From a virus: a stretch of DNA of 64,000 nucleotides. The stretch lies in IMG/VR virus record IMGVR_UViG_3300021387_000700; one strand, 5' to 3'. Shown piece by piece: positions 45,576 through 54,409 of this stretch (positions within the stretch are counted from its first letter, which is position 1; the number at the start of each line of letters is the position of its first letter). The notes beneath the pieces are model-generated. The model worked only from the letters and a program-made list of their open reading frames with translations. It was not told the origin of the DNA and did no database searches. Made by a program: the position numbers and the translations under genes.

Positions 45576-45591
45576 CTGTGTGCGTACACAA
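45576..45591. promoter_or_regulatory. palindromic operator-like site cTGTGT-GCGT-ACACAa
   Basis: 5-bp perfect arms with the same architecture. Confidence 0.45.
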
Positions 45592-46068
45592 ATCGCTTAA
45601 AATTTTGGGGCTGGTATAAGTACCCACAAAGAGCATGAAAACGCAACAGCGGGAAAATTGGGGTCTTTTGTCTTGAAAAAGTATATAAATAAAATATATT
45701 CATATATATGCTAAAAGCCCTTTATACAAAGGTATTTGCAAGGATTTAGTATATTATATTCTGTAAATATTCTTTATTGTTAATAAATATTTAACTCCTT
45801 GATTATCAATAAGTTACGTTTTAAACGTAACCCTCGCAAAAATTCACCTTATAAATGTAATAAATACACTATTAAAATACCCTATCATTTTATATATAAG
45901 TGTATATAGTACACCGAAAATATAAATACCAGCGTTTTTGTATCTTTATAAAATGATATACTTTGCACATGCTACAAAGGTACAAAGAATATATAAATAT
46001 AAGATATAAGGAAATAAGGTCGGCAGGGTGCAAAAGTACGGGAAAAGCGGGTAAAATAGGGTCTATAA

Positions 46069-46084
46069 TTGTGTCCGTACACAA
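46069..46084. promoter_or_regulatory. palindromic operator-like site TTGTGT-CCGT-ACACAA
   Basis: Perfect 6-bp arms with a 4-nt spacer. Confidence 0.5.
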
Positions 46085-46436
46085 AACGGCTTTTATTGTG
46101 CTGGGTATATAATTACTATATTTGCAGGCTTTTAACGCTGTGTCGGGCTTTAAAACATGCTTAAAACGAATTATTTGCATTTTTGCTATATATACGCGCA
46201 TATTCATATTATAAATAAATAATGCAATAATCCAGCATTTTTGCACCCGCTTATAAAATAGGCTTTTAACATTTTAAGTTATTGATTTTCAAGCAGTTAC
46301 AAACTTTTGTAATTAGTTTTCATCATAAAAAGTGTTTCATTTGTTAATTTAATAGGCTTTTCATGCTTATATAATAAATAAAGGTTAAAAAAATAACTTT
46401 TTAGGCTTAAAAGTTTGGTATATAAAAATATATTTG

Positions 46437-46444
46437 TACCTTTG
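46437..46444 (+). promoter_or_regulatory. -7 box TACCTTTG(CACC)
   Basis: Plus strand, 530 nt upstream of the first rightward gene. Followed by GC-richer sequence with paired segments. Confidence 0.4.
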
Positions 46445-46700
46445 CACCAGCAAAACGATAGAACGGCAGGCGGAAGCCACATAGCGGACAGGGGTCGTTT
46501 GCGGGCGAGGAAAAAGCCTCGACCTATCTTTGCAAGTTTGGGCAATATATACGCAGTAAGTTGACAGCCCGAAGACTACAAAGGGAAATAGGACGAGCAC
46601 ATTATCCCGAAAACTTGCATTTACTTGTTAGCGTGCAAAGTTTTGACCCAGTCACCTAATAAGGAATTAAAAAGAATAGTTAGGGCTTTAAATAGTAACA
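46445..46700 (+). ncRNA. candidate structured leader or small RNA
   Basis: Long-range pairing gcaaaacga 46450-58 / tcgtttgc 46495-502. Hairpin cgagg-aaaaag-cctcg at 46506-21. No ORF with a credible start. Confidence 0.25.
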
Positions 46701-46971
46701 TTGATATTTAAAACAAAGGGCTGTTAATTGCATGATGTTTCAATGAATTGCAAACAAGCAAATAACTCACTATTTTGTATTTTTGTGCAGGGTATTTAGC
46801 ACTGGGAACAGAATCTATTTTGCACATACATAAATACTTGCAAATAGGCAGATTAATTGCACCCGCAGGAAATTGACAACTAATAGGGCAAAATGAAAAA
46901 CCGAATTTTTGCAGCCTTCAAATATAATCCACTTTATTTATTAACGTATTAATTTTATAGGAGGTTTTATT

Positions 46972-48210
46972 ATGTTATTCAAGAATTTAGCTACAGAGGA
47001 GCAGGTAAATGTTTCTAATTTGTCACTGCGTGACGGTCGTGTTTTCTTTTCGGTACGTGGTAAGGGCTGCGGACAGCGTTTTTTCAATCGTAACACATGC
47101 CTCGTCCTTGATGAAGAGGCTGCGGACGGTACATTCCTAAAATGTGCCGAAGGCTGGGAAATAGTTGCAAAGGAGCGCAAACAGCCGAAGGAAGGCGGCA
47201 GAATTGCAACCAAAAAAGGCGTAAAAAAGGCGCAGGATGAAATAAAGCAGAATGATGAAATCAAGCAGGAAAACGAGGACGAAGCACTTGCAAAGGAAAT
47301 CGCTGCCCTGCTTGCAAGCCGCAAAAATAATGCGGGTGCAATCAATCGCGAGGAGGTCGAGGGTATTTTTGCCGAATTGCTTGCAAAGTATGCAAGCGAA
47401 CAGCCGAAGGTTTTGGCAAAGGTAGTCAAGCGGTTGCAATCCAAGGAGGAGGAGAAAAACGAGGTTTATTGCGATAATTTCAATCGCATTAAGCGTGACC
47501 TCGAGGACGGTTTTCATGTGTACCTTTTCGGGCCTGCTGGCTGTGGTAAATCGCACACAGCGGAACAGCTTGCAAAAATGTTAGGGCTTGAATTTTACGG
47601 TCAGACCACTATTCAATTTGCACATGATGTCAAGGGCTACGGCGATGCAGGCGGTAATTTCCAAGAGACGCCGTTTTTCAAGGCATTCGCAAACGGCGGT
47701 CTTTATTTCCAAGATGAATATGACCGCAGTTTTCCCGAGGCCACTATCGCATTAAATTCTGCCCTTGCAAACGGCTGGTATGATTTTCCCGTAGTTGGCC
47801 GAGTTTATGCACATGAAAATTTCCGCTTTATGGCGGCAGGCAATACCCAAATGACTGGGGCTGACGAGCAGTACGTGACTGGGCAGGTTATGGATTCATC
47901 AAGCGTTGACCGCTTTTCTTGCATGTATGAAGTTGGCTATAATCATACGGTCGAGATGAAGATTGCAAAGGGTAATAAAGACCTCGTGCAATTCATCGAA
48001 GATGTGCGCAGGGCTATCGCTGAATGTGGCATTAAGCATGTGGTCAGCTATCGTGCTACGGCTTATTTGATTAATCGCGAGGACGATATGGAATTTGCAG
48101 TTAAAAACTGCGTATTCAAGACCTTGTCGGTTGATGAAATAAGAATGATTTGCAACAAGTTACGCCACACCGACAATATTTGGGCGCAGGCTGCAAATAA
48201 GGCGTTTTAA
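46972..48210 (+). CDS. MoxR/CbbQ-like AAA+ ATPase (AAA_5-type)
   Basis: Walker A LFGPAGCGKSH, Walker B LYFQDEYD, and FRFMAAGNT. The K/E-rich N-terminal extension is about 170 aa. Confidence 0.75.
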   Translation: MLFKNLATEEQVNVSNLSLRDGRVFFSVRGKGCGQRFFNRNTCLVLDEEAADGTFLKCAEGWEIVAKERKQPKEGGRIATKKGVKKAQDEIKQNDEIKQENEDEALAKEIAALLASRKNNAGAINREEVEGIFAELLAKYASEQPKVLAKVVKRLQSKEEEKNEVYCDNFNRIKRDLEDGFHVYLFGPAGCGKSHTAEQLAKMLGLEFYGQTTIQFAHDVKGYGDAGGNFQETPFFKAFANGGLYFQDEYDRSFPEATIALNSALANGWYDFPVVGRVYAHENFRFMAAGNTQMTGADEQYVTGQVMDSSSVDRFSCMYEVGYNHTVEMKIAKGNKDLVQFIEDVRRAIAECGIKHVVSYRATAYLINREDDMEFAVKNCVFKTLSVDEIRMICNKLRHTDNIWAQAANKAF

Positions 48211-48224
48211 GCCTATCTTATAAG

Positions 48225-48256
48225 GGCGGCGGGTACATTATCCGCTGCCTATCTTT
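48225..48256 (+). terminator. hairpin after the AAA+ gene
   Basis: Stem ggcggcgg / ccgctgcc (7/8), flanked by the direct repeat gcctatctt. The T-tract is weak. Confidence 0.4.
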
Positions 48257-48298
48257 AAAGCGATTACAAAGGAAATAAACAATTAAATTTAAAAAATT

Positions 48299-49126
48299 AT
48301 GCAGTACATATTTAACTATTTTGCAAACATCAAGCAGTTAGATGCTTATTTGAATAGTACACAGCCGCAGCAGGCTTTTAAGCCTTATATGGCCAGTATT
48401 GCAACCGACCGCAGCCACATAAAAAACGCTAAAACAAAAGATTTTGCCGAGGCAAATGATTTGTTAATGTACGGCGATAAAAAGACCGCTAAAAAGATAG
48501 ATGACGCAGGGCTTGCAAAGGTACGCTGTGAAATCGCAAAAGATATGATACACAGACAGCCCTATTCATCGGTCGTAGGTTTTGCCGCAAATGTACCCGC
48601 TTATTTGGCAGGCTCGCCGAATAGTATGATAAACATCAAGCAAAACAAAACAAAGGAAAAGGTCGTAAATATTGCCTATTCGGTGACAACAAGTTGGTCG
48701 ACCGCCCCTAATGATATTATAAGCGCAGCCACTAATTTATTAAGTGCAATTTGCAAGATTGAGGCAGGCGGTATTCGTATTAACCTTTTCTCCTGCTGGT
48801 GCATTAAAAATAATAGCGGTACGCAGTTAGTCGGTTTTGCCACAAAGGTGAAGGATAGCAAAGAAAAGATAGATACATTAAAGGTGGCCTATCCCCTTTG
48901 CAATCCAAGTATGCAGCGCAGGCACGCCTTTAAATGGACTGAAAATACCGAAGGGCTCGACCCATCCATCGCCAGCGGTTATGGAAATGTAGTCGGCGGC
49001 GATAAATTAAAGGAATTATTAACCGCTAACAATTGCAAATGTGACGTAGCTTTTCAATTTAATGATATTGCGTATCGCTCGACCGACCGTATTATCCAAA
49101 TGATTGAGGAACAGATGAAAAAGTAA
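48299..49126 (+). CDS. partner of the AAA+ ATPase (possible degenerate VWA-like protein)
   Basis: 275 aa, adjacent to the MoxR-like gene. The beta-strand-like stretch VVNIAYSVTTSWS sits where a MIDAS DxSxS motif would be. The assignment is tentative. Confidence 0.3.
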   Translation: MQYIFNYFANIKQLDAYLNSTQPQQAFKPYMASIATDRSHIKNAKTKDFAEANDLLMYGDKKTAKKIDDAGLAKVRCEIAKDMIHRQPYSSVVGFAANVPAYLAGSPNSMINIKQNKTKEKVVNIAYSVTTSWSTAPNDIISAATNLLSAICKIEAGGIRINLFSCWCIKNNSGTQLVGFATKVKDSKEKIDTLKVAYPLCNPSMQRRHAFKWTENTEGLDPSIASGYGNVVGGDKLKELLTANNCKCDVAFQFNDIAYRSTDRIIQMIEEQMKK

Positions 49127-49134
49127 CAAAGGGC

Positions 49135-49160
49135 AGGCGGTTGCAAGTGACCGCCTTTTC
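49135..49160 (+). terminator. rho-independent terminator
   Basis: Stem aggcggt / accgcct with an 8-nt loop, followed by TTTTC. Confidence 0.6.
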
Positions 49161-49356
49161 CCCTTTGCGGGTGCAAATATAAATCATTGTATCTGTAGTG
49201 AAAACAGACCCCGCACAAAGTTATAAAATAAGGTAGTTTTAAAGGCTTTTAAGGGCTTTAAATATACGTACCTTTTAGTTATCCACAAAGTAAAAAACAG
49301 CCCTTTGTCGGGCTTTAAAATAACGTATTAATAATTAATTTATAGGAGATTAATTT

Positions 49357-49518
49357 ATGGAAACGATTAAAAACGTACACGAGTTGAATGAGAAAAAGAT
49401 TACATTTGTCAGTTTTGAGAATGTAGTGAAGTTTTTGCAGGTTTGTTCTGTTCTTGGCATTGCTTGTTGTGGTGGCGCATTCGACACAGAAATGACTGGT
49501 CAGTGGTTTTACGTTTAA
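49357..49518 (+). CDS. 53-aa hypothetical protein
   Basis: Reads METIKNVHELNEKKITFVSF.... TATAGGAG lies 8 nt upstream. Below the ORF-track cutoff. Confidence 0.45.
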   Translation: METIKNVHELNEKKITFVSFENVVKFLQVCSVLGIACCGGAFDTEMTGQWFYV

Positions 49519-49540
49519 ATATAGTATAGGAGGCTTTAAT

Positions 49541-49948
49541 ATGGCAAATGTTAAGGAACATGCGGTCGCTGTGGCAAATGTAATCATGCAACAGCTTTAT
49601 GCGACGACGGATATTAACATTATTTGGTCGTGGGGTATTCGCGGGTATGGCGCAGGGTGGATTTATAACGACTGCGAATTATATTGCGCGTGTTTGGTTC
49701 TTGATGTTTCGGGGCTGGTTCATAAAGGTCGTGTAATTGTGGCACTTGACGAGGCTAACGACTGGTATGACGTTCTTTTGCTAAATGCAAATGGCGAGCG
49801 TGTTGGAACATGGCACAAAGAAATATACTGCGACATGCTGGGGCGCAAACTTGATGAATTGATAGAACGACCCGCAGGCATGACGGACGAGGAATATCGG
49901 CACAAATATACGGCTGATAATATCCGTAAAATCTTGGAGGAGAAATAA
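49541..49948 (+). CDS. hypothetical early protein
   Basis: 135 aa. TATAGGAGG lies 7 nt upstream. Confidence 0.55.
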   Translation: MANVKEHAVAVANVIMQQLYATTDINIIWSWGIRGYGAGWIYNDCELYCACLVLDVSGLVHKGRVIVALDEANDWYDVLLLNANGERVGTWHKEIYCDMLGRKLDELIERPAGMTDEEYRHKYTADNIRKILEEK

Positions 49949-50169
49949 TCCCTATATTTAAATTAATGCGTTTTCCGTACCCGCTGGCGGGCTTTCGTAC
50001 CGTTGGCGGGTACTTTATAACGTGGCGTATTTAAACGGGCTTTTAAATGTTATAGATATGGATTTTAAAGATATTGAAACGTTCGAGGACTACGGCTTCG
50101 AACTCGCAAAGATTTTGCACGAGAGTAGAAATAAAAAGCGTATTAACTTAAAATATAGGAGATTTAATT

Positions 50170-50613
50170 ATGAGTAGTTTTATTATCGACAAGAAAGAGT
50201 ACATCAAGGCCGCAGGGCTGATGTACGGCATCGAAGACGCAAAGGTGCATAAACATGAGTATTTCTTGAAACATATCCGCTATTATTTCTGCAACTGCTA
50301 TACGTTGAACGTGAAAAGCGTTAATTTGCAGTATGGTGATAATAATGCGGTTGACAAGGGCGAGTACATGGACGTGTTTGAAGAATACAAGGCCAAAGGG
50401 CGCAAGATAGCCAACTGCGAGGGCTGTGGCGACGTGAAGAATTTGGGCGCACTACGCAAACGGCTGACAAAGTTCTTTGAATGTGTGCTTTATCAGATTG
50501 AGGACGAAGATTGTGCCGAGTACGCATCATGGCTGGCGTTCATGTGCATCGGCAAGCTGTGTGAAACCGAAATCGAAGATATAAAAGGCTGGTGGGGCGA
50601 AATAGAAATCTAA
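50170..50613 (+). CDS. hypothetical early protein
   Basis: 147 aa. TATAGGAG lies 8 nt upstream. Confidence 0.55.
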   Translation: MSSFIIDKKEYIKAAGLMYGIEDAKVHKHEYFLKHIRYYFCNCYTLNVKSVNLQYGDNNAVDKGEYMDVFEEYKAKGRKIANCEGCGDVKNLGALRKRLTKFFECVLYQIEDEDCAEYASWLAFMCIGKLCETEIEDIKGWWGEIEI

Positions 50614-50631
50614 CATTAAATATTAATCATC

Positions 50632-50994
50632 ATGGAAAAGAAAGATGTTATGAAGTGGACGCGTGCAGAATTGCTAAATCTGCCAGTCCGAAGATGGGAT
50701 GATATTAAATCTTATCACGGCGTTATGCTTGTGCCTACATACAAGTTGCACGACAGCGGTTGGAGGCTTATTGCTATTGTTGGTTTGGACGAACATTTCA
50801 ACCCCGTAGAAATTGCAGCATATTGCGATGATGTTCAGTGGCGCACCATCAAAACAGATTGGGGCGTTAATTGCGACATGATACCCAAAACAAACATATT
50901 GCGTTTCCATTCAAACAATCTAATGTTTGAAGTTGGCGTTTGTTTGTCGACTACAGAAATTAAAATATATGGGCAGGCCATCTGCTACAAGTAA
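50632..50994 (+). CDS. hypothetical early protein
   Basis: 120 aa. From the ORF track. Confidence 0.5.
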   Translation: MEKKDVMKWTRAELLNLPVRRWDDIKSYHGVMLVPTYKLHDSGWRLIAIVGLDEHFNPVEIAAYCDDVQWRTIKTDWGVNCDMIPKTNILRFHSNNLMFEVGVCLSTTEIKIYGQAICYK

Positions 50995-51025
50995 ACAACA
51001 TCAAATTTTAATGTATTGTACGACT

Positions 51026-51163
51026 ATGAGTAAGTTTGAAATCTATGCAGCGTATGACGCTATCATTTCATTGGAGGCAAGCGGTGATTTTCGCGGGGCT
51101 TGCAAGAAAATGAAGAGTATTAACAAATCAGTATCAAGGAGGGCATCAAAATGGCAAAGTTAG
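51026..51163 (+). CDS. 45-aa hypothetical protein
   Basis: Internal ATG MSKFEIYAAYD chosen. Confidence 0.35.
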   Translation: MSKFEIYAAYDAIISLEASGDFRGACKKMKSINKSVSRRASKWQS

Positions 51164-51354
51164 TGTTTATATATTTGGCTTGTACGGCTGCATTGATGGC
51201 GGCTGTGTTCCTTATCTGTGGCGGTGGCTGGTATTCTATGGCTGGCCTGCTGTGGTCGGCGGTGCTTTATGTTTCGGGCGATGTATTCCCCGATATATGG
51301 AAGACGTATTGGACTTCTAATATAAAAATATTGGCGTACTTCAATTGCCTCTAA
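51151..51354 (+). CDS. small membrane protein
   Basis: 67 aa with two hydrophobic helices. Confidence 0.45.
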   Translation: MAKLVFIYLACTAALMAAVFLICGGGWYSMAGLLWSAVLYVSGDVFPDIWKTYWTSNIKILAYFNCL

Positions 51355-51414
51355 CGTGCGCGGGCGACGCATATATAATAATTAATATATATAATTAATA
51401 AAACGTGCTTAATT

Positions 51415-51570
51415 ATGAAAAAGTACATTTGCAGCGTGTGCGGTTCTGACGATATTCTCGTACATGCGTGGGTAAATCCCAAGAACAATAAGGTCGTGGA
51501 ATATGACGAGGAAGAGTGCTATTGCAACAAGTGCAAGGAAATCGTCGAGTATGAAACAATTGAAAAATAG
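51415..51570 (+). CDS. 51-aa zinc-ribbon-like protein
   Basis: Reads MKKYICSVCGSDD...CYCNKCKE, i.e. CxxC...CxC..C. Below the ORF-track cutoff. Confidence 0.45.
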   Translation: MKKYICSVCGSDDILVHAWVNPKNNKVVEYDEEECYCNKCKEIVEYETIEK

Positions 51571-51582
51571 AAAGGGCTTGAT

Positions 51583-52005
51583 ATGGAAAATATGACTATC
51601 ACAAAGTTTATTGAACGTTTTCTCAATGGCGACTTCGACCGTCCTTTTAGAAACGTTCAGATTGAGGCAGGATGGTATGACTGGTTCTGCAAGGATTCAT
51701 CTTTGGCCGCAAAGACGCAGTATCTTGGCCGCAAGGTGGTGGCAATCAAGGATAGCAGGCGTTTTGATAATGACAAGTGCTATGTATTCTTTAAGAACAA
51801 TTGCCCGATGGTGGGTAAATTGTACGACCAATTCTCAATCTGTGACATGGAAAGCGGCGACGTTCTATTCTGCTGCCAGCATCTTGAAAAAGGCAGTCAC
51901 GGATGCGACAAGGCTCATTGGGAAATATACGACCGTAACGTGGGATTCGATACCCCCGTAGTTAATGGTTCGTGGCGTGATGTGTTGAACTATTTTAATA
52001 AGTAA
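51583..52005 (+). CDS. hypothetical early protein
   Basis: 140 aa. From the ORF track. Confidence 0.5.
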   Translation: MENMTITKFIERFLNGDFDRPFRNVQIEAGWYDWFCKDSSLAAKTQYLGRKVVAIKDSRRFDNDKCYVFFKNNCPMVGKLYDQFSICDMESGDVLFCCQHLEKGSHGCDKAHWEIYDRNVGFDTPVVNGSWRDVLNYFNK

Positions 52006-52010
52006 CGGCT

Positions 52011-52187
52011 ATGGCAAATCTGAAACTAAACGAACAGCAGCTTGATTTGTTGTGCAAAAGTGTACTCAAGAAAATCAAGGTCAATCGGGAGGCGTTAGAC
52101 ATGATAACGAATAACGCAGCCCGCAACGGTCTTATGCAGGAGAACGACCAACTAAATGAAATCCTTCAGTTATTAACAAAGATTTAA
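52011..52187 (+). CDS. 58-aa helical hypothetical protein
   Basis: Reads MANLKLNEQQLDLLCKSVLKK.... Starts 6 nt after the upstream stop. Confidence 0.4.
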   Translation: MANLKLNEQQLDLLCKSVLKKIKVNREALDMITNNAARNGLMQENDQLNEILQLLTKI

Positions 52188-52298
52188 TTCTTATAGCGTA
52201 TGGCATTTATTATTATTATCGGTGTGTTAGGTATGCTTTTCGACGGTTCTATGGTACGTATGGGAGGCAAGTAATAAACAATTTAAATTTCAAGAACT

Positions 52299-52502
52299 AT
52301 GGTTATTGGTGTAGCATTGACGCAGGATGATATGCAGCGTATCACAGCGTCTGTAGGTTTAGCGGCAAAGGTTCTGTCCGAAAGTGTCGAGGACGTGAAA
52401 GATGTTGAGGAGGTCATGCGGCTGAATATCCTTTATGCCAAGTTGGTTGCTGGCATGAAGAAAGTGGCCGATGAAACCAACAGCGACAAGAACGAAAGCT
52501 AA
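52299..52502 (+). CDS. small hypothetical protein
   Basis: 67 aa. From the ORF track. Confidence 0.4.
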   Translation: MVIGVALTQDDMQRITASVGLAAKVLSESVEDVKDVEEVMRLNILYAKLVAGMKKVADETNSDKNES

Positions 52503-52595
52503 CAATTAATCGGGGCGGGCATATCCCGTCTTGTGTTGTTGTTGACTCCTGCCTACGGGCTGGGCGGGTGGTTAGGCGGTATAAATAAAACCTTT

Positions 52596-52636
52596 GTAGC
52601 CGTAGAGGAAACGGCTACCGCCACAATTATTTTTCA
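52596..52636 (+). terminator. hairpin with a T-run
   Basis: Stem gtagccgt / acggctac (8 bp) with a 7-nt loop, followed by cgccacaattattttt. Confidence 0.5.
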
Positions 52637-52670
52637 TCAGTATTAATTTAATTTATAGGAGGGCTTTATC

Positions 52671-53027
52671 ATGGCTACAACGAAAAAGAATGATTTCAAG
52701 AAAATCAAGGATTTGTCAAACATCGTCGACCCCAAGAATGGCAAGACGCGTGTCGTCACCCTTTGGGAATACAAGGGCAGAAAATTCAGATTCGTGTTCG
52801 AGAACACTAACGGCACACCATGCGGATTTGACTATAAGCATTGTATTGACGTGTTCAGCATCAACGATGATGAATGGAAACATCTTGCAGACAAGAAAGA
52901 TATTCTTGCTTTCGCAAAGTGCGAGATTAACTGCGTGGAATACTACGGCAGTCCCTACGTGCTTGGCAAGGCATCCCGCGATTTCACGGAAGCCTGCATC
53001 GAATATTTGAAGGCATTGTATAGTTAA
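52671..53027 (+). CDS. hypothetical early protein
   Basis: 118 aa. TATAGGAGG lies 8 nt upstream. Confidence 0.55.
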   Translation: MATTKKNDFKKIKDLSNIVDPKNGKTRVVTLWEYKGRKFRFVFENTNGTPCGFDYKHCIDVFSINDDEWKHLADKKDILAFAKCEINCVEYYGSPYVLGKASRDFTEACIEYLKALYS

Positions 53028-53058
53028 TCAGTAAACAAAATCAAAAGCATTTAAAGTT

Positions 53059-53475
53059 ATGGATATTAAGACTTATTTTGATGATGGCGCAAATTGGCAG
53101 GCGCAGGCGGTTTTAGCCTATGTTAGAGCTTATTCATCTTGGGCTCTTGACGGAACATGGGACGACGAGGCAAAGAAATATATGGCTACGCTTGATGTTG
53201 GCCGTTTTGAAAATTGCAGGGAGCAGGGCTATATCTTTTCCGTAAGATACAAGACAAGCCAAATGAACTATGCCGTATATGAGCATCGGAATAGCGATAT
53301 TATAAGCGTTGTTAGGTTTGAGTGTAACACAATGAACACCCCCACCAACGACATGGTTTTTGAACACATGGCCGATAAGTACGACACGACGAAAGATTTT
53401 GTTTATGGCAACATCGTTGAATGTGGAGAGTGGCTTGTAAAGGACATGAATAATTTTGTAAGGTCTTTAATTTAG
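53059..53475 (+). CDS. hypothetical early protein
   Basis: 138 aa. From the ORF track. Confidence 0.5.
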   Translation: MDIKTYFDDGANWQAQAVLAYVRAYSSWALDGTWDDEAKKYMATLDVGRFENCREQGYIFSVRYKTSQMNYAVYEHRNSDIISVVRFECNTMNTPTNDMVFEHMADKYDTTKDFVYGNIVECGEWLVKDMNNFVRSLI

Positions 53476-53481
53476 GTTGTT

Positions 53482-54348
53482 ATGAAACAATTCGTTATTT
53501 ATATTCGTGTATCAACACGAAAGCAGGGTGCAAGCGGATTAGGCTTGGAAAGCCAGCGCAAGATATGTACCGAACTTGTTAAATCAAAGGGCGGTGATGT
53601 TGTTGCAGAATTTAAGGACGTGGAAAGCGGTACGCACCGTGACAGAAAAGGTCTGCTGGCAGCGGTTGACTATTGCAAGAATAATAATTGCGCATTGGTT
53701 ATCGCAAAGTTAGACCGCCTCGCCCGTGACGTGGAGTTCTGTTTCAAGGTAGTCAACACGGGTATAGATATTCACTTTGCGGATATGCCGACCATCAATA
53801 CGCTTTTGCTTGGCGTGTTTGCATCTGTGGCGCAGTACGAAAGGGAACTTACCAGCGACCGCACGGTCAAAGCTTTGGCAGCAAAGAAGGCACGCGGCGA
53901 AAAGACTGGCGGCGCAAGCGACGCATGGATTGAGAACTACAACAAGAAGTCAAATATAGAAAAGCATGAGATTGGAATGAGAAGAGGAGCAACAAAGAAC
54001 GAAAGACATCTTTTAAGCCGTGATGTGCAGGCGTTCATCAAGGCTTTGCGTAGCGTGTTCCCCGATGCCTGCAAGGGCGATGTAACCGAGTGGGATTTTA
54101 GCGCGATAAACACAAAGGAAACCTCACGTATCAAGCTGTTATCATTGATGCGTGATTACAAGGAACTTGATAACACGTTATTTGCAAAGTGGGATTTATC
54201 GGGCGACGATTTATCCGCAAGACCTTTGCAGGTAAAATTGGCCGCACAGATTCAGTCTTTAAGAAACTCAGTCAAGAAACTCAATGAAAACAAAGACAAC
54301 GAAAAAGGCGATGCGCTTTTGTGTGACTATGGAACGGGAATTGACTAA
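53482..54348 (+). CDS. small serine recombinase (resolvase/invertase catalytic domain)
   Basis: Contains FVIYIRVSTRKQ (Ser nucleophile), AKLDRLARD and QYERELTSDRT. The ~140-aa C-terminus shows no obvious Hin-type HTH. Confidence 0.85.
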   Translation: MKQFVIYIRVSTRKQGASGLGLESQRKICTELVKSKGGDVVAEFKDVESGTHRDRKGLLAAVDYCKNNNCALVIAKLDRLARDVEFCFKVVNTGIDIHFADMPTINTLLLGVFASVAQYERELTSDRTVKALAAKKARGEKTGGASDAWIENYNKKSNIEKHEIGMRRGATKNERHLLSRDVQAFIKALRSVFPDACKGDVTEWDFSAINTKETSRIKLLSLMRDYKELDNTLFAKWDLSGDDLSARPLQVKLAAQIQSLRNSVKKLNENKDNEKGDALLCDYGTGID

Positions 54349-54397
54349 ATTTTTGTTAAAGCGTGTGTTATTTCTTGCATATTAGATAAATATTCCG

Positions 54398-54405
54398 TAT
54401 CTTTG
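54398..54405 (+). promoter_or_regulatory. -7 box TATCTTTG(CAAAG)
   Basis: Lies 50 nt after the recombinase stop. A second box, TACATTTG, lies at 54464-54471. Confidence 0.4.
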
Positions 54406-54409
54406 CAAA

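Larger units (their letters stand above)
44565..46971. other. 2.4-kb gene-free AT-rich control/origin-like region
   Basis: Contains only low-complexity or non-ATG ORFs. Divergent early operons flank it. Holds palindromes, repeat families and an A-rich tract. Confidence 0.7.
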
